From contig OX597814.1 in the NCBI GenBank assembly GCA_951406725.2, forward strand, positions 26,970,001-27,034,000: a stretch of 64,000 bases of DNA, in the 5' to 3' direction. Both the position numbers and the translations under genes were made by a program. Source of the DNA: Octopus vulgaris. Its lineage: Eukaryota. This document shows, in pieces, positions 55,393 through 64,000 of this stretch. The stretch's first letter is position 1; each line of letters opens with the position of its first letter. A model generated the notes under the pieces. The model saw only the letters and a list, made by a program, of their open reading frames with translations. It had not been told where the DNA came from and searched no databases.

Positions 55393-56950
55393 CATCATCA
55401 TCATCATCGTCTTCGTCGTGTTTTAACATCTATTTTCCATGCTGGCATGAGTTGGACAATGTGACTGAGGTCTGGAAACCTAGTGGCTGCACCAGGCTCC
55501 AATCTGATCTGGCAATGTTTCTACAGCTGGATGCCTTTCCTAATGCCAACCACTCTGAAAATGTAGTGGGTGCTTTTTACATACCACCAACACAGGAGCC
55601 ATTCAGGCAGGCTTGGCATCAATCACATTCAGATGGTGCTTTTTACATGCGACCAGCATGGGGGTCAGTCAGAGGGCACTGGCATTGGCAATGTTCGGAT
55701 GGTGCTTTTTATGTGCCACTTGCACAAGAGCCAGTCAGGGGTCACTGGCACCAACTACACTCAGATGATGCATTTTACATGTCACTGGAAAGAGAGCCAG
55801 TACTGGCCACAGCTACAGTTTTGGTTTTACTTGACTCAACAGGTCTTCTCAAGCATATCATATCACCCAATGCATCAAGGGTACCTTTTAAATGGGTCGG
55901 ACATGCAACACTGTCATCGGCTGCGATCTTACTTTAGTTGCTGGGTCTTCTCAATCACAGCATATCTCCAAAGGTCTCGGTCTCCTTTCATTGCCCAACG
56001 TTCGAAGATCACGCTTCACCACCTCATCCCATGTCTTCTTAAGTCTACCTCATCCACAGGTTCCTTTCATAGTTAGGGTGTGGCACTTCCTGACACAGCT
56101 GTCCTCACCCATACATAATACATGACCATACTAGTGCAGCCATCTCTCTTGCACACTACATTAGACTTGGTCACCTAAGTAGTGGAAGCTATTGACTACT
56201 TCTAGTTTTTCCTCTTGGCACGTGATGGAATCTGTTTTCTGTACATCTTCAGTGTTTATTGCTCCTGTGCATCTGCCACACACAAAAACTATCTTCACCA
56301 TTAACCTGTTAACCTTCCTTTGATATTGCTACACCTTTTATGTATCCATAGCTTACTCTGGGTACAACATTTCTATCCACACCTTTTCTACAGATCAAGC
56401 AGGGCCATCTACCTGAAAGGGTTTGTGATTTGTCTTTGGTTTTTGCTAGGTTAGCCCTAAAGCCCTTCGATTCTAGACCTTGCTTCCACACCCTAAACTT
56501 CGTCTCTAGTTCTGGCAGTGACTCAGCTATTAGAGCAAGGTCATCAGCATAGAGGAGCACCCAGGAGCAGCCTATCTTGCATTCCTTTGTTATTGCCTGG
56601 AGGACTATGATGAATAAGAGGGAGCTGAGGACTGATCCTTGGTGAACCCCTACTTCTACCCAGAATTCTTCACTATACTCATTGCCAACACTCACCTTAC
56701 TGACAGCATCCCTGTACAGGGCTTCTACAGCTCTAACCAACCACTCATCTATCCCAAAGTTTCCACACTGACTACCAGATAAGGAATCAGGGGACCCTGT
56801 CAATGGCTTTCTCCAAGTCAACAAAAGCTAAGTGCAGAGGTTTATCTTTGGCTAGATATTTCTCCTGCAGTTGCCTTACCAGAAATATAGCATGAGTGGT
56901 GCTTCTGACTGACACAAAACCAAACTACATCTCATCTAGGCTAACTCTAG
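55393..56950 (-). mobile_element. 5'-truncated RTE LINE with RT core, PHD-like insertion and tandemly repeated 3'UTR
   Basis: AFVDLEKAID, GVHQGSVLS.LLF, LLYADDL, GF.ANLAKTK, LEVVNSFHYLGD, and LHWYGHV...GLKKTWDEVV; ends in a (GAT)n tail. Confidence 0.93.
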
Positions 56951-59900
56951 GAGAAAGGAGGGGAGGATGGGTAGGGGAGGTAGTAGTGTTGGTGTTCTTA
57001 TAACTATATTTCATATTAAGTTCTTTCTTGTCTCCTTGCTAGTACAGTTTTTAATGCTAAAACATACATGTAAATATGTATATATAAATATATACATAAA
57101 TCTATCTATTTATGTGTGTGCGTGTATGTTTGTATATATAGATATATACATATGTATATAATATATATATTTATAAACACACACACACACATATATACAT
57201 GTACATGAAACATGTATGCACAGATTTATATTAACACATAAATTTATTTCTTTTGTATAAAGCCATATGTCATTCGATACATATGAGAGCCATAGTTACA
57301 TATGATTCATATCATTTGTTGTCTGTGTATGCATCTAAGTAGATGAGGCAATATTTAAATTGGTGGCTTGAGATCTGCTGATTGGTGACAACATATTGTC
57401 TTAATATATAAGTGTCACGTTATATAGATCTATTATAGTTTTTTATATGTTAAAACTAGCTTTAGTTGTGTAAATGATTCTCTAATGAGTAGAATTATAT
57501 CTATGCATGTGTGTGAAGGCATGTGTGCATGCATATTACATAAACATGTTTTTGAAGGAAGAGGGAATGAGAAAGAGAGATAACTTGGAATTTAAAACCA
57601 TAATACTTAAAGCTCCCGTAAATCAGTCTGCTTTTAAATATATACACTGATGAGTGCAGTGCTCTTAATATGAATCTAACTGCATAAACCTTTAAGTACA
57701 TACATACAAACACATAAATATACATACAAATGTATATATGAATATACACTAGATAAACATGTGTGTTTGTTTGTGTGTGTATTAATTTCTGTTTCTCTGA
57801 AACTTTATCATATTTGAAATTTTCGCTAGATGCCAATCATATTATTACATGTATATGCACATCATAATTCTACACTGTCATCCATAAACATGTATCAGTC
57901 ATTCATATTTTTGTACAAAATCGTTGAAATGGTACATGCATACATACATGCAATTTTTCTTTGAGACAATATAATTAGTATCAAAATTGCCCTAATCCTT
58001 AAATACTAGTCATTGTATAGACAGAATATTCCAGAATTTTTAAAACATCACATCTAGAATTTGTCGCAATATAACCCAATACATAATTATGTTCCAGTAG
58101 TACATGAATATTCATATAAAAAAATATATAATATATTTAGTTAATTTATTCATTAGCTAGACTTAAATGCTGGACCAAAGTATTAAGCAATTCAGAACAT
58201 TAAAGTAAATTTCTATAGAATCAATCATTTTACATTCAGCTATTAAAAATATAATTTATTCACCATTATTCCATATTTAGAATCGTAATGTCTAAATTAG
58301 TAGTGCAATGAATTGTAGTACTGTAGTATCTATGTAATATAACCTTTTATTTTCAGTTTCCAAATCTAGTTGAGGTTGTCTTTGCTTTTCATACTATCAG
58401 ACTTGTCATTGCTGTAAGATCAAAGTTAACTATGATTGAATGAGATCTATGATGAACAGTGTTCCAGACTTGACTGTTCTTCCTTTTCTGCAGACAGAAT
58501 ATCTTGGACTACATTATCCAATACATTCTTCCATTTTTAAGACAGTAGGTTGTGATTGCAGAGAGATTTAGCTATTATTTCTGGCAGGTTGAGCCACCAC
58601 ATAAAGTCACCCCTCCGATCAATGAAATGAATAGCAGTCAAGAATTAGAATTGATATAATAGACTATAAACATCTTACTCAAAAAAAAGTTTTGAATTTG
58701 ACCCTATGTAAGAAATCATTTTTTAATACCATAAAATATTGCAGAATAGAAAGAACATTATGGCTCCTTAATTAGTTTTGACAATGCACATCCCTTGTTT
58801 GATCAACTGAAATACTTATTCATTAAATTAACATGTATGTGACAGAACATTTCACACATACATTTACCAGAAATTTAGCTGTCTAGCAGTATTAGTGTAA
58901 TACAGTGTGACACAACTGGCCCTTCAATGTCTCATTCATCCAACAGACCTCCCTACATTTTCATTTACAAGATTTAGGTCAACCCAAAACTATAGGAAAA
59001 GATAATTTTTCAGATTACTATGCAGTGGGATCAAAACTGGAACCTCATAATCATGAAGCTAATTTCTAATGCTGTTCTTCAAGTCTGGGTCCAGTGGAAG
59101 AAAACAGTAGAACAGCTGTGCTTTGTGATATTTATTTGCCATTCTTCTCTGTTCCAAGTTTAGAGCCCACAAGAGCCAATTTTTCTTTTCTTTCTTTAGA
59201 GCTAGCATTTTTAAGGTGATAAGCTTGCAGAATCATCAAAGCATCAGACAAAAATATTTTGTGGTATTTTTTCTGGCTCTTTCCATCCTAAGTTTAAATC
59301 TCAGAAGTTCAACATTGCTTTTCATCATTCAGGGCCTATAAAATAAAGTACCAGTCAAGTACTGGGGTTGATGGAATCAACTAACTCCTTCACTTCAAAA
59401 CTTCTAGTATTCTGTCTAAAATAAAAGCTATTCTTTGATGCTCAATAAAATAAGTAACAATCATGTACTGGATTTGATTCAATCAAAATTGTAGCTGCCT
59501 GCCAAAGTAAAAAAAATTATCTTTTAATGCAATTATATTCTTTATAATTAATAACTTAACAGACAAATTACTGAATAATAGTCTTCATGCCGACAGCTTT
59601 CACACTATTTTTAAATGTAGATACTGTTGAGACTATCATTGTTCAATTCTATATTTATTTCAGACACACACACATCCAGACATACATACATATATATATA
59701 TGTATATGTATATGTATATATGCATGTATGTATGTATTTGATACACATAATTGTATTTATGTATATATGAATATAGAAATACATTCTCTATAATTAATAA
59801 TGTAACACAAATTATTGCATTGGTCATCGTGTAGACCAGCTCGTATGTGTATATATATATATATATATATAAACACATACATATGTATATAAATGCGATA

Positions 59901-61079
59901 CTATTTGCTTTTTTTTTCTCATTTAGACTATACTTTTAAATGCCTCTTATATATATATATACACACACACATAACAGAACCAGAACCATAGAACATGCAC
60001 ATATTCACACTAAAGTATTTTTGAACAAATTTTCCTCAATGCATATAGACTTAAAAAAGACGACTGTGTGTCTATGTAATAAGTATAAATGTTTTTTCTG
60101 GGATTAATCTAATACCTCATGTATTAAGCAAAAGTTGCTACCAAAATATATTAATTTGAAACTACTTGATCCAGACAAAGATATTTCAACATCACAATCA
60201 TTTAATGCAGAATGGTAAACTTATAAATCACGGTATATGGGTGCAGAAATAACTGTTTGGTTAAGCAGTTTATTTTGCAATCACTTGGATCCAGGTTCAT
60301 TTCCATTAAGCACTAACGTGGGCAAGTTTCTTTTATCATAAAGTTAACCAATGATTAGTAAGTAGTTGACAGATGGAAACAGCTTGGAAGCCAGTTGTAT
60401 ATTTATGTATGCATGTGTACATATTTCTTTCAACAATGGACATTTGCAAAAGATATGTAGTGGATGGTAAACTTAACTGAAATAAACAAAAATGCATGAT
60501 AAATAATAATTTAACGTGGTTTCATTCACATCCAAGTAAACCAGATGATGATTCAAGTTGAGCTTCATAAAAATGCATACACACACATACCTAAAATACA
60601 TACACCAACATTATTACTTTATTTTCTGAAAAAATGCGCTTTTTCAAAATACTGTACTAGTTTACACAATTATTCTAAATGAATTCTTTTTCTCATATGT
60701 CACTTTCTCCACAGTCTATTGCAGTACTTGAGGGTATACCATATTGTTAGTTTTTCTTCTAGCAGGAGCTAAAAAGTAAAAATACAGAAGAAAGAGATAC
60801 TCACAATTTCAGCAACAAAAGAGTTAACCTAGATATAAAAACCATAACCTATAACTTGGAAATACAATCATTTTCTATGTATTTCATGTGTGTGTGTAGT
60901 GTATCCATAAGGAGTAAAAAAAAATACACGTACTTGTAAAAAAAGTTTGGTACTATTGAGGAAAACTGATGGCTAAGAAAAGTTTGAATACCTAAGCTAC
61001 TAATGAAAGATGATTTGGTGGGCTTAAGGTAGATCAGCAAGCTGAGCTACAGTTCTGCTAGTTGGAAGTATGTACGTTG

Positions 61080-61535
61080 AGCAAGTAACTATTCCACACA
61101 GTGGTTTCTGGGTTGCCATTAAATGCCGTACCTGGTTTAATGATTTCATAGCTGGTTTCCTGTCGTTGTTAGCAGGTCTGCTGTGACACTACACATGACA
61201 CAACCATTCTTAGGAGGAATATATTGAATGATTGTGCTATCTTGGATGAGCTACATTTCCATCAACCACAACAAACAATGCCAGTTGTTAAATTTTTTAT
61301 CCAAGCCATATGCAATGGCAACACCCAGTTGCTACAATTTGCACAAACTATGCCAAACTCAAGCATATGACTGGACTTGGCAGTGTTCAAGTGATCCAGA
61401 GCAAGATATTTAAGTTGTAGCTAGCATTGTGGTCGTTGAATCTCAGCATGGTGAGTAACAATGTATGCAACTCCATTGTTATTCATACTTGATGTACAGT
61501 CCCTGGGTACATGCAAAGCATTGCTGCTATGTCTG
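61080..61535 (+). mobile_element. Possible highly decayed Tc1/mariner transposase C-terminal half
   Basis: Faint remnants FWVAI (VWGAI-like), a trace near 61352-61380 of the SPDLNPIE.W region, and VPGYMQSIAA (MP.R.QA.IAA-like). Confidence 0.3.
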
Positions 61536-61706
61536 CTGTGAAACAATCGATTATTCATTAGAAGAAACAATTGATCTTTTGAAAGAAATAAAGCCTTCTC
61601 AGATGCATTGAATATTTATACAGCTTACTTTACTTCATTATAAACTGTACTTTTTTTCAAGTCTACAGTTCTTTGTTCTAAGGAACAAACTTTCATATAT
61701 ACACAG

Positions 61707-61744
<38 letters not shown>

Positions 61745-61899
61745 ATATATATATATATATATATATGATGGGTTAGTGAAAGGGAAAATGGTTATAAGAA
61801 TCAACCAGTTAAAAAATATGTGACTAGTACTGGTTAGGATGAACTATGTAGAGTATCTGGTGAGAAAACATACATATCTGCATGGTGCACACACACACA

Positions 61900-61984
<85 letters not shown>

Positions 61985-62835
61985 ACATACACAAACACAC
62001 ACAAATACATACACAAATACACACAATACATGTGTAGACATATCAGAGCATATAAACACAGGGATGTGAACATCTATCATTACAAAAAGTTGACTCACAA
62101 AGGGACAACATAAGGAAAAAATATATGTTCAGAAATATTAAAACTAGCAATGACCTTGTAAGCATTTAGATGGCATAGTTCTTCTTAAGTTTTTAAGTAA
62201 ATGAGACTCGGTATGAATTGGCTCCACAGTAAGAAATGTTGTCTGGGAGTATCTAGATAATTTAAAATGCTAAGCCATAGTTTTGGTAGAGCCCTTGAAT
62301 GTTGACTGTTAAAGATTTCATTTTCCTCCGTTTCTATTTTTGACTACACAATAAAAATCTCTTACTCAAAGCACATATGGGTTGGCAAAAGGAAGAACAT
62401 CCAGCTCTAAGTTACTGCCTCAAAAAGCATTTGTTCAAAACATGCCAACTTAATATAGAAGAAATGATTATGATGAAATACACACACACACACACATATA
62501 TTCATATATATGAAAGACATTTGGTACAAACAATGAAGACATATAACAGATGAAGAAAACGAAAAGATCCCCTTCATTGGCTGTCTATCTAGGGATTATC
62601 ATGGTTTCAATTCCTTAGGATAAAGTTGCTAGCCCAGTTGGCACTCTAATAGCCTAGTGATATTAACACCCGTCAGAAATGATTTCTAAAGTTAAATATA
62701 TGGAGACAAGACATAAAGGAATGAGCAATACAAAACAATAGTGCACATGAGCAATGCTGGAAAAATAAGCAGCAGCAAAATTAAACATTCAAGCAGTAAT
62801 ACTAATGAAAAGTGATAAAAAAAATACAGCAATAT

Positions 62836-63206
62836 AGGTAGCATAACTGTGGAGTTAAGAAGCATGCTTCCCAGCCATGTGGCTTCAGGTTCACCCTGAC
62901 TGCATTGCATCTTGGGTAAATGTCTTCTACAATAACCCCAGGCTGACCAAATCTTCATGAGTGAATTTAGTAAGAGGAAACTGAAAGAAGCCCATGGTAT
63001 ACGTGTGTCCTAGTTATGGCATCACTCAATTGTCATTAAGGAATGTCACCATCATACATACCAGTGTGGTGACCCTCATCTCCAGTCTTTAGTGGAAAAA
63101 CATGTCCAGCCTTGGGGAAATATTACCTTGCTTAGAAATGAGTGATGTTAGTGACAGGAAGGGCATCCAATAAAACAATGATGATGATGATGATGATGAT
63201 GATGAT
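62836..63206 (+). mobile_element. tRNA-derived SINE (head family 1, tail B)
   Basis: ggttcaccc B box, ctgaaagaagccc body end, and tail B with ggaagggcatccaa and (GAT)n. Confidence 0.8.
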
Positions 63207-63208
63207 GT

Positions 63209-63470
63209 GGAGGTACATGACTTAGTGGCTAGGGGTGTTGGACTCATCATTGTAAGAGTGTGGTTTCGATTCCGGGACAAAGTGATGTGTTGTATTCTTG
63301 AGGAAAACACTTCATTTCATGTTGCTCCAGTCCACTCAGCTGGCAAAAATGAGTAATCTTGCAACAGACCAATATCCCGTCCAGGTGGGGAATTTTTATG
63401 CCATAGAAACCAAGAAATCAGCCCTTATGAGTCAGCATGACTTGAGAAGGTAACTTTACTTTTACTTTTT
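63209..63470 (+). mobile_element. tRNA-derived SINE (head family 2) with a Meta-domain-like central region
   Basis: A box gacttagtgg and B box ggtttcgattcc. cttgcaacagaccaatatcccgtccaggtgggg...atgccatagaaacc resembles the MetaSINE central domain. Tail (tttac)n. Confidence 0.7.
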
Positions 63471-64000
63471 GATGATCATCATGGTGACAATGATGACAAT
63501 GATAATGATGCAAACACACACAAACAGACTCTTACACATAATTTTGTATTTATGACTCACCAATAACTGTTTCAGTCATCAAATATATATTTTAATGTGT
63601 TGTGATTATTTTCAGCCATTACACAAACCTTTGATTAATAAAAATAACGTTTTTCTCAACAATCAGTATGGTTACAAGACACTGTAGGAGTGTCTGTATG
63701 GACACCTGGTTTGTTAGAAATAGCAGCAAAATCTTCAAACCATGCTGTACCACTTTCAAAAGGAAGGCACATAGGATAATATAACCTGGGGTACATTATG
63801 CCTGATAAAATAGAGAGGATTTTTTTTGCAATGTCATACATATATATTTACACAAATATACATATATATACACATATATATATATCTATATATACATATA
63901 CATAGATATATATATACATATATATATATACACATATTTACATACATAGATATATACATAAATATATATACATATATATACATACATATATATATACACA

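Noticed and set aside
55569-55830. Regularly spaced repeats with variable interiors resembling a CRISPR array
   Set aside because: The units are homologous along their whole length and lie in a eukaryotic LINE 3'UTR, and there are no cas genes.

Overview
This is AT-rich, microsatellite-saturated animal genomic DNA. The repeat landscape looks like a coleoid cephalopod (Octopus-like), which is an inference. Nearly the whole window is intronic sequence of one + strand gene of the L1CAM/neuroglian family. Only two coding exons could be found (7685-7916 and 48070-48200), and they splice in frame across a 40,153-bp phase-1 intron to give the FnIII-2/FnIII-3 junction ...GYSGEG-R-PLNRPKDF... The rest is mobile elements and simple repeats. 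These include RTE LINE fragments (one with a PHD-like finger inside the RT), Penelope-like elements (RT + GIY-YIG, plus short TA-flanked elements with hammerhead-ribozyme cores), and modular tRNA-derived SINEs. There are also a non-autonomous Helitron, a hAT MITE and a decayed hAT transposase, an R4/Dong-like fragment, CR1 and Tc1 relics, a recent templated duplication, and very long (TA)n and (GAA)n tracts. Most ORFs in the supplied track are microsatellite artefacts. Repeat boundaries were read by eye and are approximate unless stated otherwise.
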